NCBI RefSeq assembly: GCF_002113885.1
Contig: NW_018403833.1
Span: forward strand, 186,001 to 250,000
Direction of reading: 5' to 3'
Source: Mizuhopecten yessoensis
Taxonomy: Eukaryota
Length of the DNA stretch: 64,000 bases
The position numbers were made by a program, and so were the translations under genes. Below the pieces are notes generated by a model. It was not told where the DNA came from. It saw only the letters and a program-made list of their open reading frames with translations, and made no database searches. Positions 1-11,500 of the stretch are shown one piece after another (position 1 is the first letter of the stretch; every line of letters starts with the position of its first letter).

Positions 1-1094
1 AGGAAAAATGTTTAATTGATTTGCCGGTAAGCTGATGTTACTTAATACTGCTAGCTGGGTCCTTGATTATAGACCGTAAGAAAACACTTTAATCATATTA
101 TCTGTACTTAATGAACGTTTTATTTAAAACAGAAAATCTGTATACCTTCTGCAGATTATTTCAATTTCGCGAATAGATTTTGTTTGTTTGATGGTTTATA
201 CTTTTTATGGTTTATTCGGATTTGTTTTAATTTAAATTATCCTGTTTTATTGTGATAACGGTATAATAACACTGCGTTCATAAGTTTTCAGATTTTATTA
301 TGCAGAAAATAAAACCGGTAATTTGCATCTTAAAAACAGCGTTTATAGGCGAAAGGACGAAATTCCCCAAACCCACTCCCCGAGGAAATAAGTAAATGAC
401 ACTTTAAAATTTTGTTACACGAATAATACGAAGTTAAAGTTTGATCATATTGTCAATCTATATTTGATAAGCTAGGTTAATACATCTCCACTAAACCGTG
501 CATGTTCTCATTACGACAAACGTTAAGTAGTATTCAACCACCCCTATCTGAAAGTTCCGTGTCAATATATATCCCAATTTATGATCCTAAAATGAATAAG
601 GCACTATATGTAAAATCTAAAGCCGTATATGATAATTGTGAGTACGACGAGTGGCGTTATCTGCTGGGTGGGTGAGCTTTCACTTACTCTATAGTGATAA
701 CCTTTTCTCTTTACCCTGGACAGATTTATCCTTACTTTTACCGGTGTGAGATTTCCATGTCTCACCCTAGGGTTGAGACAAGCTACGCGTGCTCTTTGCA
801 CGTTCTCCACAATAAACCTGACGTCACTGATGTGACCCGGAAGAAGAACTACTTTTATGAGGTCACACACTTATACACAGGTTCGTCTGCTAATATTGTC
901 ATGTTTACATTTGACATCAAAGAAGACGGGATTGATTTTAAAATGTTTAAAATCGGTGATCTGGTAAATGTTGGATCATATGATGCGTGAAGCGTCTGAC
1001 GCATACATATAATATTAATACGCTATCCACGTGTTCCTGTTTACAAACAATATGGTTGATCTTAAACTTAGGCTGGAACAACAGGGTAAGAGAA

Positions 1095-1265
1095 AAATAA
1101 TCATTCACCCCCTCGGGGATGAGATAGGGGGATTGCAACCCTCGGGGGAAGATTCTTAAGTTGCCAAACACTCGGCAAAGCCTCGTGTTTGGCAACTTAA
1201 GAATCTTCCCCCATCGGGTTGAGATCCCCCTATCTCAACCCCAAGAGGGTAAAAGATTTCATTAA
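1095..1265. mobile_element. Palindromic (foldback) non-autonomous DNA element / MITE
   Basis: About 80-bp imperfect arms with a perfect inner stem GGGGGAAGATTCTTAAGTTGCCAAACAC / GTGTTTGGCAACTTAAGAATCTTCCCCC around a short loop. Confidence 0.75.
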
Positions 1266-1660
1266 TCCCTCAACAACAGTTTGGCTGCTACTTAAAAACG
1301 TTAGAAAAACTATATACAGCTTTGAATTTGTGCATGTTTTTTTGCGTTTTCGTCTGGAAATTATTACTCGCGCGGTGTAGATTCGTGAAAAGAAGGTCGG
1401 TCAATGCAAAAAACACAGTGAAACGTTTAAATACATTGTAATCCTGTGCTACATGTGCATAGGTTGAAATACCACTGTGGTATTTTAAAATGAAGACCTT
1501 TGTGTCCGTATGTACATTTTAAAAGGAAACCGAGATAACGTGAATGAAAGGCAATTTTCGTTGCATGTACCCCTTTATTCATGATTATATTTTTAATAAA
1601 GAGAATGATACGTTGTACGTTTTATTACTTTATGTTTTTCGTCTCTAACCAAAGTCATAA

Positions 1661-1866
1661 TACTGTAAATGTGGAATTTATTTTTCGGTGTAGAAATTTG
1701 TGTAAATCAGCCAAAAAAATATCCACACACGAATAGATTACATAGATCATAAATAGAATGTGTAGTTTTCAGAACCAATGCCAACGCTAAAATTTCCTCA
1801 CATCGACTATTTCAAAAAGTCCCTTCATGAACATTTCCACGTGCGAAGATTTCCACTTTTACAGGA
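1661..1866. mobile_element. Degenerate MITE
   Basis: Terminal inverted repeats TACTGTAAATGTGGAA ... TTCCACTTTTACAGGA. Confidence 0.5.
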
Positions 1867-3399
1867 ATACCTGGAACAGGAAATCTTCGCACAACTGCAG
1901 AATTCGCGGTGGAATCAAACCGCGAAAAGCTCGAAAATGGCACATCCGAAAAAATATAATAATCATCTGGCAGATTTCGAAGATGTAATCTATATTTAAG
2001 CTGTTATTTTGTTCTGCTAATGTACTACGACATCCGTCAACAAGACGAAGTGGTAAATGGTGCGCAGATAGTTAACTGATTTCCGTGTGTTTCTATAGTT
2101 GTAACATGGAGTGTGGTGACTTGTTTGTGGTGTGACTTTAACATGAAGGGAACATTTGACTAATGAAAAAAAACCTGACTGATTCGCAAAAACGAAAATA
2201 TAGGAAAATGTCCTTTTCTTAACTCACTCCGAATGTCACTAAGTAGATATATTACTCTGTTGACTTAATTTTCTGTCGGACTGATACTGCCAAAGATTCT
2301 TACACTACCAGTAATGTTTAAATTACAGTATGGATTATAATCAATGTCCCTGAAAGTTTTCCCTGTAATGACTATGGAATCGATCACTAATTAAATAATT
2401 CTCTCAATGTATATAAATATAAAACAATGCCAACTAAGAATGTGTCTTATGAACTCACTCTAAGGATACAATCTTATTCTGAATGGAAGTTTAACAATTC
2501 GAGGTATTTCTGAGGTACCTAGGTGGTATCTTATAAACATTTTGTCACTCCTAATAATTCCTGGTAGAGACAGGTGATAAACTGATCGATTGAAATTTGT
2601 TTGGTTATTGTGTCAAAGGTTTGGAGACAAAAAAAAATCAAATACAACTAAGCAGTTTAGACATTTAAATGAAAAATAACTTATCTAAAGAAACTCGATA
2701 TAGAGTATGTGTATTGGTCTGAAACACTGTTCGAATTAACTCCCTTTTTGAAACTCGATATTTGTATAATCAAGCAGCAATAATTAATCACTATGAAAAG
2801 GTCCATTGTTATTTCACGTGCACTAGATTTATAAAGAAAATCTTATTATCTGAAATTGATATTATTTAGGTTTGAAAGTTTGATTGAAGTTTCTTGAAGA
2901 AAGAAAAATATGACAAATGAAGAAACTGTAAGACAGTAAGTACTTTAGCTATATTATATGTTGGCTGAAACAAACCGTGATAAAAGGATGCATTAGAAAG
3001 TGAACAAGTTAATAGATATTTATATTATGTTTATATCAGTTCCCATTCACAACAAGCCAAACGCAGACAGAAATTCAACAAGTCTTTTATTTATATAACC
3101 AGAATAAAATAACATAATACAACAACTAGATAACATGTTCTACATAACATCTTACATGCCCATCGTGATATTTATTTTACAAAAGTTGATTCCATTTTAG
3201 GACAAACGAACCACCCTTTTTCAGTCCATCCTTAGTTTCGTTATGTCATTAGCACTGTTGTGACGTCACAATTATATATCAATATAGGTAAGAGATTACC
3301 TATCACTCATTTACCTAATGTAGAGCTACGTGACAAAGCACTATAAAGAGTTGAATGGTACAGAATATATTAATCATTATCAAAAACACATTAAGCCTA

Positions 3400-3996
3400 C
3401 TACCTCTTTCCGAGGTCCTTCCTTTGTGAGCCGTACGCTGTGGCATATCCATAATCTTGGTCGGCCCCTGAACCATAAACATCCTCTCCTACTATCACTT
3501 GTGGACCAAGGGACTCTGCCTCCTTCTGCTTTTGTAATAGATCCGAAATATGTGCTTGCTGTTTATCCACTTTTTCGTTCAGTCTTTTACATTCTTGTTG
3601 TAAAGAGGATTTTTCGTCTGAAAGCTTGCTACATCTGTTCTGTAAGTCCTCATTACTTCGCTTTAAGTCCCCTCCTCTTTCCTCAAATAATCTGTCACTA
3701 TTCTTTGTACCCCGAGCAGACAGATGATCATATTTATCTTTCAGGCTATCAAACTGTCTCTTCAATATTGATATTTCCTTCATTAAGTCACGTTTTTCAT
3801 GCTTCCACTGGTCAGAGAATTCCTGCATGTAATCATGTTGTTCCTGTTTCATCTCACGAACTCGTTTGTCTAGGATGATATTTTGTTTTTGTTGAAACAG
3901 GTCTAACACGGTCTTCAGTTCCCCTGGTTCAGGGTAGTCCACATCCTTACTAGGTACAGTACTGACGCGCTCGGCAAAAGCCCATCGTCTGGACTC
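3400..3996 (-). CDS. Paralog A terminal exon: coiled coil
   Basis: ttgtag acceptor in frame with ORF 3400..3942; stop TAG; AATAAA near 3086-3091. Confidence 0.85.
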   Translation of the reverse strand, partial: ESRRWAFAERVSTVPSKDVDYPEPGELKTVLDLFQQKQNIILDKRVREMKQEQHDYMQEFSDQWKHEKRDLMKEISILKRQFDSLKDKYDHLSARGTKNSDRLFEERGGDLKRSNEDLQNRCSKLSDEKSSLQQECKRLNEKVDKQQAHISDLLQKQKEAESLGPQVIVGEDVYGSGADQDYGYATAYGSQRKDLGKR

Positions 3997-5438
3997 CTAC
4001 AATTTAATCATGTATTTTGATCAAAGTAGAAGGGGGTACATGTATATAACAAAATGTGTATGTGACTGTTATCTTTTTCGTTTCAAATTATCTTAAAATA
4101 TTATATTTAAACAATATTTACATACATATCAGGATTTTTCTACAGAATTAAAAAAAATGGCAGCATTGTAGATTTATCTGATCACAAACCAATTGGCGGT
4201 GCTCTTTCGATTGACTTGGGAGGGAAAATATACAGTTTTGACTGGTATAATGCAAAACATGAACTTTTTTGCGATTTGTTCTGAATAACACTCCTTAAAA
4301 CTACATGGTTTTGTTGCTTTCTGTGTATAGTTATTCTTACCACTGCTGTGTTCGGTGTAGAAGGCGTTGCTCTGGTTCTCAGTAAGTTTTTGGATGAAGA
4401 AGGGGCGGGGCGAGTTCTCAGTAGGCTGTTAGATGTAGGAGGTGGTGTCTGTTTAGGTTGAGTGGTTATCTGTTGCGGTTCAGGAACTGTCACTTTCCCA
4501 GGAGTTTTTACGAAACCTGAAATGTGAAGTCAACATTATAACTGCTTCAGATTGACCATACATGATATTCTTGACTTTAATAGGAGAAATTGTTCTTATT
4601 TTTGTCTTAATAAGTAATGCTTACTGTAATCTTCATAAAATATAGTTGATGAATCAGAGCTCGATTGAAACCTGACATTTTGCCGTGTGTTATGTAATGG
4701 AACTTAATCATGCCGTGTCCCTGATATTAAACGTTTCAATACTACATTGTTAATGTAAATGGTACCGATGCATCTGGTTGAGAGTAAGTTCCCCAGCTAA
4801 GCATTTTATACGTTTGATGTCGATAGAGTTACAGTGAAATATTTTAAGTGCAAAGGTTCTCAGTAAGACATCTGCAGTTTTCTTGCATTTTTTCTTCAAA
4901 CATTCCAATTTCGAACAGCTACAATTCTGCCGAGTGCATGGTAATATGTTATTTTTATGAAATATTTCTTTTGTAAAGTCTAAAATAAAACTTTTTCAAT
5001 AGTGACATTCAATTTGGTATTATAATAGTCTAGCTTGTTGGTACCCTTTACTTAAATATTAGGTACCGATTTTGATTTAATTATGTGTATTAACTAATTA
5101 AATACATACTTTGAAATGCATTATATTCCGCGAATAAGATACTTACCTACTTGTCTGGGCACTGTGTTTTGGACTTTCTGGACAATGGCGTTATGCCCGT
5201 CAGCGTTGAGAGCCTCAAGAAAGCAGACGAAAGCATCTCGGTTTGGAGAAGCTTTTAGTTTCTTGATGAACTCATTAAAACGACGATGATCCGTAGAATA
5301 TTTCACGATCTGATGTCTGTCTTCGAATTTGAACACTCCCCTTCTCGTGAGTTTTTCGATGAGTGGATCAAGCTTGACGAGTCTTTCTTTCATGAACGAT
5401 ATATTCTGTTCAATCTTCTTGTGTTCATCTTGGTTCAT
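3400..5438 (-). CDS. CARD + Pro/Thr-rich linker + coiled-coil protein, paralog A (about 354 aa); join(5438-5147, 4516-4341, 3996-3400)
   Basis: GT-AG introns in consistent phase (1, then 0) give 1065 nt open. The N-terminus MNQDEHKKIEQNISFMKERLVKLDPLIEKLTRRGVF...DAFVCFLEALNADGHNAIVQKV follows the six-helix CARD pattern. The last exon is E/K/Q/L-rich with heptad character. Confidence 0.85.
4341..4516 (-). CDS. Paralog A exon: Pro/Thr-rich linker
   Basis: tttcag acceptor and GTAAGA donor; 176 nt, phase 1 to 0; encodes GFVKTPGKVTVPEPQQITTQPKQTPPP... Confidence 0.8.
5147..5438 (-). CDS. Paralog A exon: CARD domain
   Basis: ATG at 5438, acceptor ttacag just upstream (exon from 5456), donor AG|GTAAGT at 5146, phase 1. 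Confidence 0.88.
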
Positions 5439-5959
5439 AGTGATATCTAATGTCGACTGTAATGTTAATACTGACAAACTATCAATTATCACCTCATAAT
5501 TCCATCGAATTATTCCTTTTTTCAATATCGAACTGCTTTATATTTAACAGTGATTGTTATAATATTTCAATATTCAGTCTATATATCTTTACGTCGCCAG
5601 CACTAAACCAGTTCAGCATTCCTTTGCGTACAAAGGCAGATGACATTCAACGATAAGCAGAATTAAATGGAACCATCTTACCATGTACACTAAGACAATG
5701 TAATGTATTCAAAACAACCCTATTGTATTTACAACAGAGCATTTAATACACAGTAGAAACAGGGCAGTATACCCCGAGACACAGACGACCTGACCCACGG
5801 ATCGTAAAACGGAGTCCTGTAAATTATATGATCTATACGAAATAAATAGTTTGTTAAACACAAAGAGAACCTTAAAATGTTTTTTGTCACCTACGATGTG
5901 AATAATGACATACAGTGTAGACTCGATGACAATCCAGACTTAGACAGCGGAGTATATAT

Positions 5960-6050
5960 CATGTATATAAGTTATGTGTTGACATTTATTGACAGTATAG
6001 TTTCGTTTATTAAGAAAAATAGATAAATAAATACGGTTTCCTTTGTCCTC
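5960..6050 (-). promoter_or_regulatory. Putative paralog A promoter: TATA-like element plus two IRF/ISRE-like sites
   Basis: Minus strand reads AAAGGAAACC (6035-6044) and AAACGAAACT (5999-6008) upstream of TATATA (about 5964-5969) and a candidate first-exon donor at about 5890. Confidence 0.4.
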
Positions 6051-6689
6051 GTTGAAAAGTAGTTAAACTGACTGCAAATGAATTCACACTATGTGGGTTG
6101 TCTTCACACTGGTTTGTTTTGGTTATAATACAGATACAGGAACGCAACATGGACTTTGATCGTCCACTATGCAATGCATTTTACACACACATTGTTGGTT
6201 TTCGAAGCTTTTCATATAGATGTATATAACGATGTATGCTTAGAGCAAAGCCCAGGAATTAAAAGCAAGCTTTTCAAGAAAATAATTTCAATAGTCAAAC
6301 TGGTATTTTCTTATTTACTATATTTGTAAGCATTTTTTCTGTCTTTATCTCAAATATGTTGTTTTTTTAAATCATGTATTAAACTTAAAAATCCAGTATC
6401 AACGATTTTTTGTTATAAATCAATTGATCATGATTACACACATGAATTCCACACATTATTCCACCAATAATTATGAGTTATCTCCCTCAATTTTCTATCA
6501 ATAAAAGTTAAAATATTTTCAATAGTAGGGAAATCTTTAAAATGAGATACACGGTGTCTTTTTATTGTAAAGTTGATTCTGATTATCCTTTCCAAATTAT
6601 TTTTAATTGTACAATTCAAGCCATCATCCTCACTCATAAATATAAGCTGGAAAGTCGGTCGTATCATATTTCTTGTCGTGACTCGTGTA

Positions 6690-6752
6690 TGACGTAACAA
6701 TCAAAACCTGCTCACAAGGGAAGACAACTCTGCAATATACAAAGACGGAATA
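6690..6752. mobile_element. Right arm of the TATTCC...GGAATA MITE family
   Basis: Closely matches 36609-36670 (aacaatcaa.acctgctcacaag...actctgcaata..caaagacggaata). Confidence 0.75.
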
Positions 6753-6960
6753 ACGCGTTCGCCTTTCACCAAGACAATGGGGGTTCGACTCCCCGGTCGG
6801 ACGTGAAAACGGATAAGATCACCTGCCCGACGACGTGGGTTCTATCAGAGTTCTCCGGGTTCCTCCCACGTTAAAACTCGTTTTGTGTTTCCATCCGGGC
6901 AAACAAGAGTGATTAAAATATCCTCAAAGCTTATTTTATGACTGTTATGAAATAAACCAA
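6751..6960 (+). mobile_element. tRNA-derived SINE with V-domain-like core (V-SINE), 5'-truncated
   Basis: B-box GGTTCGACTCC at about 6782; CGTGGGTTCT...CTCCGGGTTCCTCCCAC resembles the V-SINE conserved core; A-rich tail. Confidence 0.7.
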
Positions 6961-7606
6961 ATTTAAAACGAGTCAATAAGGATTGATCATCATTTATATG
7001 TCGTCAAATACTTTTTCTCATAGACAAAAACGCAGACAAAGTTATATTATAAAATGCTTTAATTTCATAACCAGAATAAAATTAACATAACACAAAAACC
7101 TTCAAACAAGATAACATGCTGTAACATAACATTCTATATTTTTATATACACACATATAATGTTCAAGCTGTGAATCAATAAAGACAATTGCATGAGTAAT
7201 AATCGGAAGCTTGAAATGGACGCCTGCCAATGAGGTTCCACATACGACATGTGGCAGTCTGCCATCTCGGTGTCTCAATTCTTTATCACCTCTGTACAAA
7301 ATGTGGCTTTGCACCTGTGACTGATTAAAAGGTATAAAATGTACAAGCTGTAAGTTGATCTTGCATATATGTGCGCCGGTATAACCCGACGGAGAACCTC
7401 ACCATAGTTAGCGTGTCAGTCTTAAAAATACTCTATGTTGTTTAAAATAGCTTGCGTCATGGTTCCATTTCAGTGTGTGACATTACATTACATTAATTGT
7501 ATTTTCATAAAAAAATATATCCCCGATAATAAAATGGAAAACGGGCATATCATCCTAAGGAAACGTATACTAATACAAATACCAAGCTTATAAAAACTTA
7601 ATATGT

Positions 7607-8548
7607 TTACGAATCGAACCTGTCCGTCCTCATCTTCCTCCTGTCCGCAAGAGTAGCCTTGGCTAGGTTGGTGCCAATGATCATCTTCTTTGGCCTAAAC
7701 TCAAGTTTGCCTGGTGGTACAGATGCTGTTTTCTCTTTCGAGATGGATTGCATCATACCGTAAATCATGTCCAGCTTTCTGATTTGTTGTTCGCGCGTTT
7801 GGGAGAACTCCGGATCTTCGTGTCTTTCTTCGTGATCTCGTTGTTTCTGTAACAGGTCTGTGATTTGGACGTATTGATCGTCCACACGGTCGCGTAATGA
7901 CTTATTTTCTTGTTCTTTTTCACGTAACTGCTTCATCAGATCGTCTTTCTCAGACTCCAGTCGTTCGATGTATTTGTTACTTTCATATTGTTTGTTTTCA
8001 ATATCCTCCCGTGTGTCTTCGCTCATTTGTAGTTTAGTTTCCAAATGTTCTATCTTGGTTTCCAACTTTTGGTTTTCTCGTTTGCCTTCTTCTTTTTCCT
8101 TTGTAAGTTGCAGAAGTCTTTCGCGTCGTTCATTATCTTTCTCCCTCATGCCTTGTTGTTTTTCTCGTAGATAGTCATACTGTTCCTTGAGAAAACTGTA
8201 TTCTACGTTCACTTTCCTCACATGATCGATTTCTTCCTGAAGTTTTTCTAATGATGTCTCTGTTTGTTTAATAATGTCGTGTTTTTCCGCTTGACATTTC
8301 CCAAACAGATGTAGCATCTGTTGTTGGTATTCCTGTTTGTCCTTCTGCCGTTGTTTCTCCATTTCTTGCCTGTCCTCCCTGCGTTGACGTTCAATGTTCT
8401 CCAAAACATGTTCTTGGTTCCTGCCGAACGCCTCCAGTACAGCTTTTACGGTGCTAGAACAGTCCGTACACCCATCAGACCGCGCAACGGGTAAACTGGC
8501 GGCTCCGGCGTCGTCTGGGATAGCAACTTGTACCGGAACCACAGGCTC
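7607..8548 (-). CDS. Paralog B terminal exon: long coiled coil
   Basis: ttttag acceptor in frame with the 311-aa ORF; strongly E/K/Q/R-rich. Confidence 0.88.
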   Translation of the reverse strand, partial: EPVVPVQVAIPDDAGAASLPVARSDGCTDCSSTVKAVLEAFGRNQEHVLENIERQRREDRQEMEKQRQKDKQEYQQQMLHLFGKCQAEKHDIIKQTETSLEKLQEEIDHVRKVNVEYSFLKEQYDYLREKQQGMREKDNERRERLLQLTKEKEEGKRENQKLETKIEHLETKLQMSEDTREDIENKQYESNKYIERLESEKDDLMKQLREKEQENKSLRDRVDDQYVQITDLLQKQRDHEERHEDPEFSQTREQQIRKLDMIYGMMQSISKEKTASVPPGKLEFRPKKMIIGTNLAKATLADRRKMRTDRFDS

Positions 8549-11500
8549 CTAAAATCAAGTAGAAGTAACAGCGTCAACTCACAAATACTAAAACTAAAGT
8601 GAAATTGAAAAGACGACAAACGAAATATAGAAATGACACAGAAAAAAGGAAAGACATCATGACACCAAAACAAAAGGAAAAATATCATGACAACAAAACA
8701 AAAGGAAAGACATCATCACACAACAACAAAAGATAAAATCGGTTGCTGTGGAATGGTCAAGTTTTCACAGTATCATATTAAGCACACATAGCAAGCAGTG
8801 CGGCACCTAAAGCTCATTTTCAGTTTCTGTAAATTATATTTTTAAACAGCACAACTCGTCTATAAGGAACAGAAAAGGGAGAGGGCAGCCGCTTTCTTTA
8901 TAACATAATTTGTTTATGTATTGGTAGATTTTTTCTAAAAGATAAGGGAAGAAGGAACTAACAAATAATTGACATCATATATATGTTACTTAAAATCTGT
9001 ACATTTTTCTTTGTATATAATTTTCGGGAATAAATCGTTTGAAGAACAAGAGAATAAATCTCAAGCTATATACAGTGTACTTGATTGAATAATTTCCATA
9101 AGTTATTAACTCCATTGATTTAATTAAATGTGTGTTGGGCATAGACAAATTCCATGTACATAGTAGCATTAATATATCATTATGTTTTTAACGTAACTTT
9201 AGACATTTGATTCCTATAATTTTATCAGGTTTCTCATAACACATTGCAAACACTATGTTATCAACACATTAAATAACCTAGCATTCAAAGCCAGTACATA
9301 AATCACTTCTTTGTGTAAACTTTTATCCTGAAAATGGTCCCTTTTGACCCCTAGCATCACCGAAGAGTCTTAAAGGTAGGAAACAGCTGTATGATGCAGT
9401 GTTATTCATTTTTGTATGTTTCACCAACTTTTTAAAAGTTGCAATCTGTGTGTGTGTTTCGTTCACTGTTCGGTCCACCTTACGAGTTTCCGACGTGAAT
9501 ACATTACAGTCGCCTTGTGCAATCAAAGTATAGCTACAATTATCTCTGCTAGACCTTAAAATCCGTCAATGAGGAACACTCTGCCAATTAACACTCGCAA
9601 ATATGATGCACATAGGTTGGCACGGCATGGTAACAACAAGAAACCAAGTTACAACAAAACAAAAGAGAAGACAACATGAACCAGTATATATCAATCATAT
9701 TTACATAGTTCGTCTTCCTTCCGGCGGAAGTGGAAGCAGAGTTGATTCTATTTGCCAGGCGACTACCGGACCGGACAACGACTGAAACAAAATAGGATAT
9801 ACAACAATATAATTGTGTTACACAGCATTTCACACTTAAACATATACCAAATTACTCCAACTCGAAATGTTGAATATTCTTACATTGTTTTAGAAGTTAA
9901 GTACCTGAATAATTCTAAATTATCCTCAATCCGACGAGTTTGAGTAAAGCGACTTCGCGATAATCGAGTCTTAAAATTATCAAACTACAAAAGCCAGAGC
10001 CCTTGATAAACGTCAAAAGCGCTCGTTTCGGCAAAATTATATGTCATATGAAATCTAACAAATGTCTAGCTGTTATTTATTGTGACACGCTTAGCACGAA
10101 ATACTAATTTAAGAATAAAGTAACTGTTGGAGCCAGAAGTTACAACCGTAAAAGTTATAATGTATAAAGAGGTATAAAGACACTTTTTGCTGTATATTTT
10201 CATATATCTCAAAACTCATTTAACACATAATTGTATTCCTCTAACCTTTGGTATGGTGTGAAAACTGTAAATTTGGCTCTTTGCAACGACAAACTTAAGT
10301 TATAAATAGGTGCATCCCTACTTCGTATTTCACGTTATTATCATTACATCATGAGTATTATATCAATGCTGCTAGTTAGAGGTACAGTTTTACTGAAGTA
10401 TGTAAAACAATAACGACTATAACCATTTGTAAAAATACTGGTACATAAGTGTATGACACAAAGTGTATGACACATAAGTGTATGAACGTACAAAATAAGC
10501 AAACCTATGTTAACATACAATAGTAGTTAATATGTTTACCATAATCCACAGAAGTAACACCACTTATCCCGCTGTAACGTGAGTTCCAGTATAAGCATTA
10601 ATTGATAGAGCTTACTATTCACAAAGGTTTCCTGAGCAAATCTTATTTTCCCCTTTTCTTTTATTGCCAATGCATACAAGGCCTAAACAAAAACAACGCA
10701 CCGATTGTTGTCTACATAACCTACATAAGATATAGTACAATGCATGAAACGCCTTTTCATCGCCGTTTTATTGAATGATTTATACAACTTGTGCTTGTTA
10801 GTAATTCTGCTACGTTAGGATAATCAATATTTTGATGGTGACGTGTCTTGGAAACCGACACACAGGTTTAGAAAGTGGATTGATTCGGAATTCAGATATC
10901 TATTTTCAAACTTGTTTCCCATTGATATTCAGTCAGGCGTGTGGTACCTGCAGCCATTATGTTTTGAGGAAACATCTTGTTAAGGTATTCAATACCTACG
11001 CTTGTGTAGTTGTTCAAGCTATCTCTTCTATGAAAATTGAAAGCACGTTTAATTTTTGAATAAATTCAGAAGCTGCATAATAAAACCAGATTATTTAATA
11101 CTTAATTCAATAAATTTGAGATAGCTGATTTCATTGTTCATAAATGACCTTCGTCTTTTTCATTACGCGGTTTGACAGGTGAGATATATTGCTAAGGTAG
11201 AAAACTAACTCGAAATATATCGATAATCAATGAAGTGGCTGCTACGTGTTGTGTGTATAAAGACAAAATTCCTTGATACACATATACTACAAAAATGCAC
11301 TCAATACTAACATAATTTAGTTAGAGAATAGAAACTACAATAAACTTTTGTAGCCAAAAGGTGCATTTTTAACTTTGTAAATGATTTTATGTTCACCTTC
11401 ACCGTTTTGTTGCATTTCTAAATATTTCGGTAACATTTTCGACATGGGCGATTGTTTGTTTGAGTGGTTTTACGTCCGCTTCACTACCGAGTAGTTCGGT

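Noticed and set aside
6751-6810. tRNA gene
   Set aside because: Only a B-box is present, no complete cloverleaf, and it continues into a SINE body
3330-8174. Plus-strand ORFs 3330..3878 and 7968..8174
   Set aside because: Antisense shadows of the coiled-coil exons
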